From Shewanella sp. KX20019 (GTDB lineage: Bacteria; Pseudomonadota; Gammaproteobacteria; Enterobacterales; Shewanellaceae), in NCBI RefSeq assembly GCF_016757755.1, contig NZ_CP068437.1, positions 761,588 through 785,587 on the forward strand: a stretch of 24,000 nucleotides of DNA. Reading direction: 5' to 3'. Below the pieces are notes generated by a model. It saw nothing but the letters and a program-made list of their open reading frames with translations, was not told where the DNA came from and did not search any database. A program made the translations under genes and the position numbers. Positions 1-8,699 of this stretch are shown piece by piece. The number at the start of each line of letters is the position of its first letter. The first letter of the stretch is position 1.

Positions 1-81
1 ACAGCAAATCGTGAAATAGTCACAGCGTCATGGACTGCACTTAACGGTGAAGTTTATGAGCATAGGTTAGCACCAGAGTAA
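1..81 (+). CDS. 3' end of an upstream CDS (partial, product unknown)
   Basis: Frame +1 is open from the window edge and ends at TAA 79-81 (...NGEVYEHRLAPE*). A hairpin plus T-run follows directly. Too short to name. Confidence 0.4.
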   Translation, partial: TANREIVTASWTALNGEVYEHRLAPE

Positions 82-111
82 GCCATCTTTAATGATTAAG
101 GTGGCTTTTTT
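82..111 (+). terminator. Rho-independent terminator
   Basis: Stem 82-89 (gccatctt) pairs with 98-105 (aaggtggc, one G.U). The loop is 8 nt and is followed by TTTTTT at 106-111. Confidence 0.7.
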
Positions 112-890
112 ATTGCTGATTTATCTACATATTGCAATGCGGTGGCGAGTAATTGAGCGTTAGTTTTAAGAAATAGCCTGTTAGCCTTAAAACTGATCAT
201 TAGTGCGCATAATAGATGGTTTTATGGTTTGTTTTTGTGGTGGATTGAGCATTAATGGTTAGTGGTAATGAGTATTTAGCTCTGATTACTGTCCGCTATA
301 GCATATGTTTATCGGTAGAATTGTTCTATAAATAAGTTGGTTAAGGCTAACCACTGTTTCTTTTCTTTTTGTGTGACGCTGTCCTTGTTGTATTTTTGTT
401 GTGGCTGGCGATATGTAAGCCATAATACGATGAAAATATCACTTATCTGCGCAAAATAGGGCGGATTTACTTGCAGTAAAATTGTGATTGTATACACTGC
501 GGCCATATCACAATACTGTTGCCTTTTAATAGGGTATGCGCTCAGCAATAAAATTGCATTTGCAGTTCTTGTTACGAATGCAAACCGACATTAACACTTA
601 GTTAAGCTTACATTGATAGAGTCGTGCTAAGACTACCTATTACCCTATGGCGCGTGGTTAGGCACATAAGTTGAACGTGCAAGCGTATCAATACCTAACA
701 TTAAGCCTAATCGCGCGCCAATTCTATGGTTATTATCTATCGCCCGTCTAAATTCAGTAAAGCGTTACCGTCAAGGTTAAGGTGACGAACACCCATCTAA
801 TGATCAGCTACTTATACTCATCTTACCTGTTTAAACATTTTTGATTAGGCAGTAAACTGTCGACAATAACTACAAAAATGGATGTAACAG

Positions 891-1328
891 ATGTCAATTT
901 GGTTTAGACCGGTAAGCTTAGAAACATGTGCCAAAATGGATTCAGGGATGCATGGTAAAGGCACATTAATGCAAACCATGGGGATCACCATCTCTGAAAT
1001 TGGTGATGATTATATGAAAGCGACGATGCCTGCGTCCCCTGCAGTGCACAATCCGTTAGGTATAGTTCATGGTGGTGCGAATGTCGCCTTGGCCGAAACT
1101 GTCGCCAGCTATGCTGCAAATTTTGCCGTCGATTTCGAGCAGTATTACTGCGTTGGCCAAGAGATCAATGCTAACCATTTGAAAGCATCACGCAATGGCA
1201 CATTAACCGCAACAGCCAAAGCCATACACCTTGGAAAGCGCAGCTCTGTATGGGAGGTGTTGATCCACAATAGTGCAGGCGAATTGTGCTGCATATCTCG
1301 AATGACTGCAGCTGTGGTAAAACGTTAA
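891..1328 (+). CDS. Hotdog-fold acyl-CoA thioesterase, PaaI/YdiI/YbdB (MenI/EntH-like) family
   Basis: 145-aa ORF. Motifs GIVHGGANVALAETVAS, EINANHLKA and HLGKRSSVWEV...LCCISRMT parallel E. coli YdiI/YbdB as I recall them. Confidence 0.8.
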   Translation: MSIWFRPVSLETCAKMDSGMHGKGTLMQTMGITISEIGDDYMKATMPASPAVHNPLGIVHGGANVALAETVASYAANFAVDFEQYYCVGQEINANHLKASRNGTLTATAKAIHLGKRSSVWEVLIHNSAGELCCISRMTAAVVKR

Positions 1329-1447
1329 CCTAGCGCTAGCAGCTTATATTTAGCACTAAAGCATAAATAATTGTTCGGCAAGCTGTTGCATTAGCAAACT
1401 ATTGCCATACTCAATATATTGGTTTTTTGATAAGGATTGGAGCGAGA

Positions 1448-1690
1448 ATGGATAGCGCAACAATATGGGAATGGGTAGGGTATTTAGCATCGGTGGTGGT
1501 AGCGATATCACTGATGATGTCGAATATCAAAAAGCTACGCTGGTGGAATCTCGTCGGCGCGGCATTATTTGTTGCATATGGCTTAGCCATTGATGCCTTG
1601 CCAGTGGCATTAGTTAACTTTTTTATCGTGCTTATCGATGCTTATTATATTGTTAAGCTCTATAAAACGGATAAAATTCTGCAGGAATAA
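1448..1690 (+). CDS. Small integral membrane protein (about 3 TM helices, YgjV/PQ-loop-like size), function unknown
   Basis: The ORF track starts at TTG 1427. ATG 1448 has a GGAG about 8 nt upstream and gives 80 aa with three hydrophobic segments. The family assignment is only a guess. Confidence 0.5.
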   Translation: MDSATIWEWVGYLASVVVAISLMMSNIKKLRWWNLVGAALFVAYGLAIDALPVALVNFFIVLIDAYYIVKLYKTDKILQE

Positions 1691-1695
1691 TAGCT

Positions 1696-1728
1696 TTAGC
1701 GTGGCTTAATAGCGTCAAGCCACGCTAA
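1696..1728 (+). terminator. Perfect 12-bp hairpin after the small membrane protein gene (no clear U-tract)
   Basis: ttagcgtggctt (1696-1707) pairs with aagccacgctaa (1717-1728) around a 9-nt loop. It is followed by an A-run rather than a T-run, so intrinsic termination is uncertain. Confidence 0.45.
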
Positions 1729-2107
1729 AAATGATTAACTTAAAGTGATTAAAGCTATTCATTGAAACCACTGCAACATAGCATTTCAGTGAAGATCTTA
1801 CGTTTAATTTTGTTTGAAAAAGAAGATACATAGCACAAAGTCTAATTCAGCTCCGTTCAAACTAACCTCATCTAACTCAACTCCACAAAATAGTTAGCGT
1901 ATACAGAAGGCTTAATTGTCTGCAGCACTAGTCTCTACTGACAAAAGCTAACTCATCACCACATTACACCCCTCTTAATCGTTAAAGTAGTTTGTACTTA
2001 TCGAATCTAATCGTTTTGTAGCTTTCGGTTAAACGACTACTATTACTCCATCGAGACAGAGTTTATTTGCACTAACGCCATAGCGACCCGTTTAAAGGAG
2101 AGCAATC

Positions 2108-2161
2108 ATGGCCACTATATTTGATTTAATCGAAACTTGGTTGCAAGCGGATCAAGATTAA
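2108..2161 (+). CDS. 17-codon upstream ORF / leader peptide preceding the catalase gene (MATIFDLIETWLQADQD)
   Basis: ATG 2108 is preceded by AAAGGAG with 7-nt spacing. Its TAA stop (2159-2161) is embedded in the TAAGGAG Shine-Dalgarno of the catalase gene, whose ATG is at 2172. Confidence 0.3.
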   Translation: MATIFDLIETWLQADQD

Positions 2162-2171
2162 GGAGTAATTT

Positions 2172-3635
2172 ATGAGTCAGCAAAACAGAGTACTTACTGC
2201 ACAAAATGGCGCCCCTATCAGCGATGACCAAAACTCAGTATCAGCGGGCGAGCGCGGGCCATTACTGCTGCAAGATTGGCATCTTATTGAGAAGCTGGCT
2301 CACTTTAACCGTGAGCGAATTCCTGAGCGTATAGTGCACGCTAAAGGTACTGGGGTTTACGGTACGTTTACCCTAACAAAGGATTTAAGCGATTTTACTC
2401 TGGCTGACCATTTTAACGGTGTCGGCAAGCAAACTGAAACTTTTGTGCGCTTCTCAACCGTGGGCGGCGAAATGGGCTCTGCTGATGCTGAACGTGACCC
2501 ACGTGGCTTTGGTTTGCGTTTTTACACTGAGCGCGGCAACCACGATATTGTCGGTAATAACACGCCGACATTTTTTCTGAGAGATGGTATTAAGTTCCCC
2601 GACTTTATCCATACACAAAAGCGTAATCCACAGACCAATCTTAAAGATCCACATGCAATGTGGGATTTCTGGGCGTTAAACCCAGAGGCGTTACATCAAG
2701 TCACGATCTTGATGTCTGATCGCGGTATCCCGGCTAACTACCGTCAAATGCATGGATTTGGTTCGCACACCTTCTCTTTCTGGAATGCTAAGGGTGAACG
2801 TTTCTGGGTTAAGTTCCACTTTAAGACTAAGCAAGGCATTGCCAACTTAACCGCAGAGCAGGCCGATATCCTTAAAGGGATTGACCCTGACTCGTCGCAG
2901 CGCGATATGGTGGCAGCGATTAATGACGGTAACTTCCCTAAGTGGGCAGTGAAAGTACAGATAATGGCAGAAACTGAAGCTAACACTTATAAGATCAACC
3001 CGTTTGACCTGACCAAGGTGTGGCCACATGCTGACTACCCATTGATTGAGATTGGTGAGTTAGAACTGAATCGAATGCCTGAAAACTACTTTGCAGAGGT
3101 TGAGCAGGTTGCATTAGCCCCGAGTAACTTAGTACCTGGAGTTGGTGCATCGCCAGACAAGATGCTGCAAGCGCGTTTGTTTGCTTATGCTGATGCCCAG
3201 CGCTACCGTATTGGTGCTAACTACAACCAGTTGCCGGTTAACTGCCCCCATGCAACCACCGCAAATCATCATCAACGTGGCGGCGCAATGGCGGGAACAC
3301 AATGTCCTTTCTCTAGCAGCCAAACAGGCGCTGATGCAAGCCGCAACTATGGACCTAATAGCCATGATGGCTTGCAAGACCAAGCACAGTTTGCAGAGCC
3401 ACCGCTACGTTTAGACGGCGAAGCAGATCGCTATAGCCGTTACGATCAAGATGACTTTAGCCAAGCGGGCGACCTTTATCGTCTATTGCCTGAAGATGAA
3501 AAATCCAGATTGATTGCCAATATTGTCGGCACCTTGAGTGTGGTGAGTGAAGCAACGCAGGCGAAAATGGTTGAGCACTTTAGCGCCGCGGATAGCGATT
3601 ATGGCCAACGTGTAAAGCAAGCATTAGGGTTCTAG
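2172..3635 (+). CDS. Monofunctional heme catalase (small-subunit, clade 3 type)
   Basis: 487 aa with FNRERIPERIVHAKGTGVYG (distal His), RFSTVGGE, DPRGFGLRFYT and RLFAYADAQRYRIG (proximal Tyr region). There is a strong AAGGAG SD. Confidence 0.95.
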   Translation: MSQQNRVLTAQNGAPISDDQNSVSAGERGPLLLQDWHLIEKLAHFNRERIPERIVHAKGTGVYGTFTLTKDLSDFTLADHFNGVGKQTETFVRFSTVGGEMGSADAERDPRGFGLRFYTERGNHDIVGNNTPTFFLRDGIKFPDFIHTQKRNPQTNLKDPHAMWDFWALNPEALHQVTILMSDRGIPANYRQMHGFGSHTFSFWNAKGERFWVKFHFKTKQGIANLTAEQADILKGIDPDSSQRDMVAAINDGNFPKWAVKVQIMAETEANTYKINPFDLTKVWPHADYPLIEIGELELNRMPENYFAEVEQVALAPSNLVPGVGASPDKMLQARLFAYADAQRYRIGANYNQLPVNCPHATTANHHQRGGAMAGTQCPFSSSQTGADASRNYGPNSHDGLQDQAQFAEPPLRLDGEADRYSRYDQDDFSQAGDLYRLLPEDEKSRLIANIVGTLSVVSEATQAKMVEHFSAADSDYGQRVKQALGF

Positions 3636-3704
3636 GAGATAAAGAAGGTTCTAGCGACTAGAAAAAGCAGATTCTAGGAGGAGAGAATAAGCCTAAAACA
3701 ACTA

Positions 3705-3744
3705 CAAAAAAGGCAAAACAGTTGATTCTGTTTTGCCTTTTTTG
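3705..3744. terminator. Bidirectional rho-independent terminator between convergent genes
   Basis: aggcaaaacag (3711-3721) pairs with ctgttttgcct (3728-3738) around a 6-nt loop. An A-run lies upstream (3705-3710) and a T-run downstream (3739-3744). Confidence 0.85.
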
Positions 3745-3751
3745 AATCATT

Positions 3752-3833
3752 ACCTAGCACCTAGCACCTAGCACCTAGCACCTAGCACCTAGCACCTAGC
3801 ACCTAGCACCTAGCACCTAGCACCTAGCACCTA
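3752..3833. repeat. Heptanucleotide microsatellite (acctagc)n, 11 full units plus 5 nt
   Basis: Counted directly. Perfect 7-bp units run from 3752 to 3828, followed by the partial unit accta at 3829-3833. The array ends 4 nt from the TAG stop (3838-3840, minus strand) of the UPF0016 gene. Confidence 0.98.
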
Positions 3834-3837
3834 ATGC

Positions 3838-4392
3838 CTAGACAAGTAATGTAACCACACCCAATACGGCGAACAATACTGCGCAGCCGCGATGGATCCA
3901 GTGCATAGGCAGTTTTTCTGCACTAAAGTGGCCGGCGATAACGACCGGCACATTAGCGATTAGCATGCCAAGCGTGGTGCCCATCACAACCATAGCTAAT
4001 GCATCGTATTTGGCTGAGAGTACTACAGTGGCTATCTGGGTTTTATCACCCATCTCGGCAATAAAAAACAGGAAAAAAGTGGCTAAGAAAGGCCCCATGG
4101 CATAAAAGCGGCTCTCCTCTTCATCAACTTTATCAGGAATAAGCACCCACAGTGCAATGGCAAAAAATGATGCAGCGACTAGGTAGCGACCAACTTCTGG
4201 ACTGATAAAACTAATAGCCCATTGACCAAGCCAAGCGGCGGCAAAATGGTTTGCAAGTGTCGACAGAAAAATACCGAGAATAATGGCGGTTTTATTTTTG
4301 AAACGAACCGCTAGAATGAGCGCGAGTAGCTGTGTTTTATCACCGATTTCGGCAATAGCAACAGTAAAGGTTGAGGCGAGAAAAGCTTCCAC
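3838..4392 (-). CDS. UPF0016 / GDT1 / TMEM165-family cation (Mn2+/Ca2+) exporter, MneA-like
   Basis: 184 aa with a GTG start and an AGGAA SD. Two internal repeats each carry the E-x-G-D-K-T motif (AEIGDKTQ and AEMGDKTQ). About 6 hydrophobic helices. Confidence 0.8.
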   Translation of the reverse strand: MEAFLASTFTVAIAEIGDKTQLLALILAVRFKNKTAIILGIFLSTLANHFAAAWLGQWAISFISPEVGRYLVAASFFAIALWVLIPDKVDEEESRFYAMGPFLATFFLFFIAEMGDKTQIATVVLSAKYDALAMVVMGTTLGMLIANVPVVIAGHFSAEKLPMHWIHRGCAVLFAVLGVVTLLV

Positions 4393-4460
4393 AGATGTTT
4401 CCTATAGCGGGGAGGCAAAATTCTAAGCACAATACACCCCTCCCCAATACGAGTGGCATT

Positions 4461-4600
4461 GTGCTCAGGTCTTGCTGGGTTAACGACATAGTCATTAACT
4501 GTAAGTACCATGGCATTTGGCCAATTATGTTGATACTTACTCAATCGATGCTGATGTGTTGCAAAGATTGATAGCTACTCCCCCGAAGCAGAGCCGAGCA
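4461..4600 (-). promoter_or_regulatory. Probable yybP-ykoY (Mn2+) riboswitch aptamer in the 5' leader of the UPF0016 gene
   Basis: The minus strand reads ...cttcGGGGGAGTAGCtatc...(about 100 nt)...cccaGCAAGACCTGagc. GGGGAGUAGC and GCAAGACCU are the two most conserved blocks of the yybP-ykoY motif as I recall the L. lactis and E. coli examples. Downstream, at about 4415-4453, a GGGGAGG/CCTCCCC hairpin precedes the SD. The genomic context (metal exporter) fits. Confidence 0.6.
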
Positions 4601-5054
4601 TTATAGTGATAATGTGGCCAATATCAATGCTAAAAAAGCGTCCAATGCCTCAATTTTGAGCGAAAACAGTAAAACGTAAATTAACTGTTACTAAGCCTTT
4701 ACAGCCTTATTGTCGATTAGTATTAAGTTGATTTTATGCTGTGTCGATGGCTTGCCCGCGCGGTTAGTAGCTGTTAATGTCGCTAACAGTCATTTTTTAG
4801 AGAAAGAGTCGTAATGAAACATTCTTATCGATATTGCCCTCGATTTATACAGCCTCAGTGGCGAAGTTGATAAGGTGAATATCCGTATTATTTAACTAAG
4901 CCGTTGGGGCCAATTGGAATCGCTAAGGTTGATGATGACCAGATTCGATTGGGGGCTGTTAATAGTATTGTTAACGTGCGAAAAACCTCTCCCTCAAAGT
5001 CGTTCTAAATCTGACCTACCAAAAAGAAATTATAAAATCTAACAGGACAATTTT

Positions 5055-6254
5055 GTGAACTCAAAAATACTTGGCTCTATCGCCATTGTAGCTGGCACTG
5101 CAATTGGTGGTGGTATGTTGGCATTGCCACTTGCTACAGCTTCACTAGGTACCATCCCAGCACTGCTTTTATTAGTGCTGATCTGGGGCGTATCTATCTA
5201 CACCTCTTTATTAATGCTCGAAATCAATTTACGTGCAGGCGTGGGCCTAAATGTACATGCGATTACCGGTAAAACCTTAGGTAAAGTCGGTCAACTTATC
5301 CAAGGAGGCTCATTTCTAAGCCTACTGTTTGCGTTAACTATGGTTTATCTAATGGGTGGTTCATCGCTGCTTGAGTCTAAGATGGATCTGGTTGGCATGA
5401 AGATGGACAACCAACTGGCAGTGTTAATATTTACCGCTATATTTGGTGGTTTCATTGCGGTCGGCGTACGCTGGATAGATAAAGTATCACGGGTGCTGTT
5501 TACCTCAATGATCGCCCTGCTAGTTATTGTTGTCGCCTATCTGCTTCCTGAAGTGGATATGAACTTGATGATGAACAACTCTACCGCCGGCATAGTTGGT
5601 GGCAGTGATTTAACTAACTTGTGGTTAGCTGCTATTCCAATTGTGTTCACCTCATTTGGTTTTCATGTTTGTATTGCAACCATAGTGCGCTATTTAGATG
5701 GTGACGCGATGTCACTGCGTAAAGTGCTTATTATTGGTTCTACCATTCCATTAGTTTGTTACATACTTTGGTTGATGGTGACATTGGGCACGTTAGGTGG
5801 TGCAACGGTTTATGGCTTTGAAGGGTCATTACCGCTGCTGGTAACCGCACTGCAAGGGGTTGCAGACTCTGCCATTTTACAGCAGTTTATTGACCTATTT
5901 GCTAACCTCGCCTTGGTGACATCTTTCCTCGGTGTGACCATGAGCTTGTTTGATTACGTGGCAGAGCTAACGCGTGCAAAAGACAATCTGCTTGGCCGTG
6001 CTCAAACGTGGTTAATCACCTTTATTCCACCGTTATTGTGTGCGCTTTATTATCCAGATGGCTTCTTTCAGGTCCTCGGGTTTGCCGCTATTCCATTGGT
6101 TGTGATGATTATTTTCCTACCCATCGTGATGGCACTTGGTCAGCGCAAGCAAAACTTAGGCGGGTACCAAGTCTGTGGCGGCACTGCTGCCATGGGTGTT
6201 GCAGGCTTGTTAGGTGCAGGGATTATCGCGGCGCAGTTGTGGGTTGCTTTATAG
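5055..6254 (+). CDS. tyrP: Aromatic amino-acid:H+ symporter, HAAAP family (TyrP/Mtr/TnaB-like; closest by eye to TyrP)
   Basis: 399 aa with a GTG start. GSIAIVAGTAIGGGMLALPLA, IPIVFTSFGFH, FANLALVTSFLGV..SLFDY and ITFIPPLL..LYYPDGF are collinear with E. coli TyrP as recalled. About 11 TM helices. Confidence 0.8.
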   Translation: MNSKILGSIAIVAGTAIGGGMLALPLATASLGTIPALLLLVLIWGVSIYTSLLMLEINLRAGVGLNVHAITGKTLGKVGQLIQGGSFLSLLFALTMVYLMGGSSLLESKMDLVGMKMDNQLAVLIFTAIFGGFIAVGVRWIDKVSRVLFTSMIALLVIVVAYLLPEVDMNLMMNNSTAGIVGGSDLTNLWLAAIPIVFTSFGFHVCIATIVRYLDGDAMSLRKVLIIGSTIPLVCYILWLMVTLGTLGGATVYGFEGSLPLLVTALQGVADSAILQQFIDLFANLALVTSFLGVTMSLFDYVAELTRAKDNLLGRAQTWLITFIPPLLCALYYPDGFFQVLGFAAIPLVVMIIFLPIVMALGQRKQNLGGYQVCGGTAAMGVAGLLGAGIIAAQLWVAL

Positions 6255-6464
6255 ATAGTTGCCGAAATGCAGTAATAGCTTTGTAACAGATTAATTTAGA
6301 GTCTGTTTCTTGGCTAACATCTTGTGCTAAAGTCGAGTGTCAATATTTGCATATTGAGCTCGGCTTTTTTGTATCTAACCCGCCGTTAAATCAATATAAC
6401 TTGCGTAATACAGCAAGCAAAAAATAACAATAATCTTAAAATATTAAAAAATGGACTTAACAAA

Positions 6465-8621
6465 ATGAAGAAATGGCTTTTGACAGTAGCTATCGCGACC
6501 TCTTTTGGCGCTGTGGCTGACGAAGGTATGTGGCAGCCCTATCAGCTTCCTGCGATGGCAGATGAGCTGAAGGCAAAGGGACTTGAAATTGACGTTAATT
6601 CGATTTCAAAACTTACCGAATATCCAATGAATGCCGTGATTAGCCTTGGTGGTTGTACGGCATCATTTGTATCTCCAAAAGGCCTAGTGGTGACAAACCA
6701 TCACTGCGCTTACGGCTCAATTCAATACAACTCTACGCCAGAAAAGAACCTGTTGCGTGATGGCTTCTTAGCTAAGTCATTTGGCGAGGAGCTGGCTGCA
6801 ACGCCGGGTTCACGTATTTTCGTAACTGAGAGCGTAGTAGATGTAACTGACAAGGTCAAAACAGGCCTTGAAAATGAAATCGGTAATGCGTTTTACAAAG
6901 GCATTGAGCAGCAAGAAAAGAGCTTAGTTGCGGAGTGTGAGCAAGAAGACGGTTACCGTTGTCAGGTTTACAGCTTCCACGGCGGCCTTGAGTATTACCT
7001 CGTTAAGCAGCTTGAAATTCGCGATGTACGTTTAGTGTATAACCCAGCAGCAAGCGTCGGTAAGTACGGCGGCGATGTTGACAACTGGATGTGGCCACGC
7101 CACACAGGCGATTATTCTTTCTACCGTGCTTATGTATCTAAAGACGGTAAGCCAGCAGACTTTAGCAAAGACAATGTGCCATACGAGCCAAAGAGTTTCC
7201 TGAAAGTGTCAGCTAAAGGCGTCAGTGACGGTGATTTTGTGATGGTTGCTGGTTATCCTGGGCGCACCAACCGCTACCGCACCGCTAACGAAGTTGAAAA
7301 CCAATTTGAGTGGTCGTATCCAGAAGGCAAAGTCTTGCGTGAACGTCTAATTGAGATCATCAAAGACACCGCGCCAGAAGGCAGCGATGAGCGCATCAAG
7401 TATGAAAGCTCAATTGCAGGTCTTGCTAATTACGCTAAAAACTTCACTTCGATGATCGAGTTCTATGGTAAATCAACTATGCTCGATGACCGTAAAGGGC
7501 TAGAGCAAGACTTAGCAAACTGGATCAAAGCTGATAAAAAACGCCAAGCTAAATATGGCGAAGTGCTGGCCCAGCTTGATAAGTTAATTGCTAAGGGGCA
7601 GCAAGGACAAGAGCGCGATTTACTGATGAGCTACATGGGTTACAGCACCATGTTAAGCACGGCTGACCGCTTATATCGTTTAGCGAATGAAAAAGCCTTG
7701 CCAGATATGCAGCGTGAGCCAGGTTATCAAGAGCGTGATATGACCCGCTTTACCTCTGGTATGGAGCGTATTGAGCGTCGTTATGCAGCCAGTGTTGATA
7801 AAGCGATGCTAGCGGACTTAATCGGCCGTTACGCAGCACTGCCACAAGATCAGCGCTTACCGGCGTTTGATAAAGCCTTTGGTATTAATAACAACTTTGA
7901 CGCGGCTAAGTTCAATAAGACGCTAGATAAGATGTATGCAAATACTAAGCTATCAGACAAAGAAACACGTTTAGCGTGGATGGAAAAGCCTGTAGCTGAC
8001 TTTAACAAGTCAAAAGATCCATTCATTCAGTACGCAGTAGCGACTTTTGATGAACGTATGAAGCGCGAGAAAGAGCGTAAACAGCTTTCGGGTGACTTAA
8101 TGAAGGTTCGTCCACAATACATGGACGCCATCATCGCTTACAACCGTGAACAAGGTAAGCCTGTTTATGCGGATGCTAACTCAAGCCTACGTGTCACCGT
8201 AGGTCATGTGAAAGGTTACTCACCTGAAGATGGCATGCGCGCTGAACCATTTACCCGTCTTGAAGGTATCTTAGCGAAAGACACAGGTGTTGAGCCATTT
8301 AACGCGCCTAAGAAGCAGCTTGAGCTGATTGCCAACAAGCAGTACGGCGATTACTACGTGAAGCCATTAGACTCTGTACCGGTTAACTTCCTATCGACGT
8401 TAGACACTACAGGTGGTAACTCAGGTTCGCCAACCTTGAATGGCCGCGCTGAGCTAGTGGGCCTGCTATTTGACGGCGTATATGAAAGTATCATTGGTGA
8501 TTGGGGTTACGACCCACAGACTAACCGTTCAATTCAGGTTGATAGCCGTTATATGCTTTGGGTAATGAAGTACTTAGATAATGCAGACAACTTGCTTGAA
8601 GAGATGGAAATTGTGCATTAA
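6465..8621 (+). CDS. S46-family dipeptidyl-peptidase (DPP7/DPP11-like), secreted/periplasmic
   Basis: 718 aa. A signal peptide is followed by the hallmark mature N-terminus ADEGMWQP. It has the catalytic His context VVTNHHC and the Ser context TTGGNSGSP, with a long helical insert between them. Confidence 0.85.
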   Translation: MKKWLLTVAIATSFGAVADEGMWQPYQLPAMADELKAKGLEIDVNSISKLTEYPMNAVISLGGCTASFVSPKGLVVTNHHCAYGSIQYNSTPEKNLLRDGFLAKSFGEELAATPGSRIFVTESVVDVTDKVKTGLENEIGNAFYKGIEQQEKSLVAECEQEDGYRCQVYSFHGGLEYYLVKQLEIRDVRLVYNPAASVGKYGGDVDNWMWPRHTGDYSFYRAYVSKDGKPADFSKDNVPYEPKSFLKVSAKGVSDGDFVMVAGYPGRTNRYRTANEVENQFEWSYPEGKVLRERLIEIIKDTAPEGSDERIKYESSIAGLANYAKNFTSMIEFYGKSTMLDDRKGLEQDLANWIKADKKRQAKYGEVLAQLDKLIAKGQQGQERDLLMSYMGYSTMLSTADRLYRLANEKALPDMQREPGYQERDMTRFTSGMERIERRYAASVDKAMLADLIGRYAALPQDQRLPAFDKAFGINNNFDAAKFNKTLDKMYANTKLSDKETRLAWMEKPVADFNKSKDPFIQYAVATFDERMKREKERKQLSGDLMKVRPQYMDAIIAYNREQGKPVYADANSSLRVTVGHVKGYSPEDGMRAEPFTRLEGILAKDTGVEPFNAPKKQLELIANKQYGDYYVKPLDSVPVNFLSTLDTTGGNSGSPTLNGRAELVGLLFDGVYESIIGDWGYDPQTNRSIQVDSRYMLWVMKYLDNADNLLEEMEIVH

Positions 8622-8667
8622 TGATTTGAATGATCATTAATGGTTTAGATTTCCATTGTTAGTGGCA

Positions 8668-8699
8668 AAAGTCGAAATGCTCATGTGTTTCGGCTTTTT
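8668..8699 (+). terminator. Rho-independent terminator after the S46 peptidase gene
   Basis: gtcgaaa (8671-8677) pairs with tttcggc (8688-8694, one G.U) around a 10-nt loop, followed by TTTTT at 8695-8699. Confidence 0.7.

Noticed and set aside
309-548. 79-aa ORF on the minus strand
   Set aside because: It has no SD and no recognisable motif, and it is an isolated ORF in an AT-rich intergenic stretch. Support is insufficient.
1760-1860. OxyR-type operator upstream of the catalase gene (scattered ATAG/CTAT motifs)
   Set aside because: The motifs do not fall into the ATAG-N7-CTAT-N7-ATAG-N7-CTAT spacing. This cannot be supported by eye.
2454-3414. Five short ORFs overlapping the catalase gene (2454-2654 -, 2744-2986 -, 2847-3029 -, 3129-3383 -, 3142-3414 +)
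   Set aside because: They lie entirely inside a confidently identified catalase CDS, have no recognisable motifs or SDs, and show low-complexity, Cys/Arg-rich translations typical of out-of-frame noise.
4311-4571. ORFs 4311-4544 (-) and 4371-4571 (+)
   Set aside because: They overlap the 5' end of the UPF0016 gene and the riboswitch-like leader. Their translations have no features, and the region is better explained as structured RNA.
4675-4692. Possible TyrR box (cGTAAAttaactGTTACt) upstream of the tyrP-like gene
   Set aside because: It matches only 9/12 positions of TGTAAA-N6-TTTACA and lies about 360 nt from the start codon. That is not enough without a PWM scan or conservation data.
4814-4870. 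18-codon ORF (MKHSYRYCPRFIQPQWRS) as an aromatic-amino-acid leader peptide for the permease
   Set aside because: The SD is weak, there is no run of regulatory Tyr/Trp/Phe codons and no obvious alternative hairpins. It is speculative only.
6008-6286. 92-aa ORF overlapping the 3' end of the permease gene in another frame; also 11030-11266 (-) and 22757-22942 (-)
   Set aside because: These are out-of-frame overlaps with confidently called genes, or with the luxR start region. Their composition is Cys/Arg-rich or featureless.
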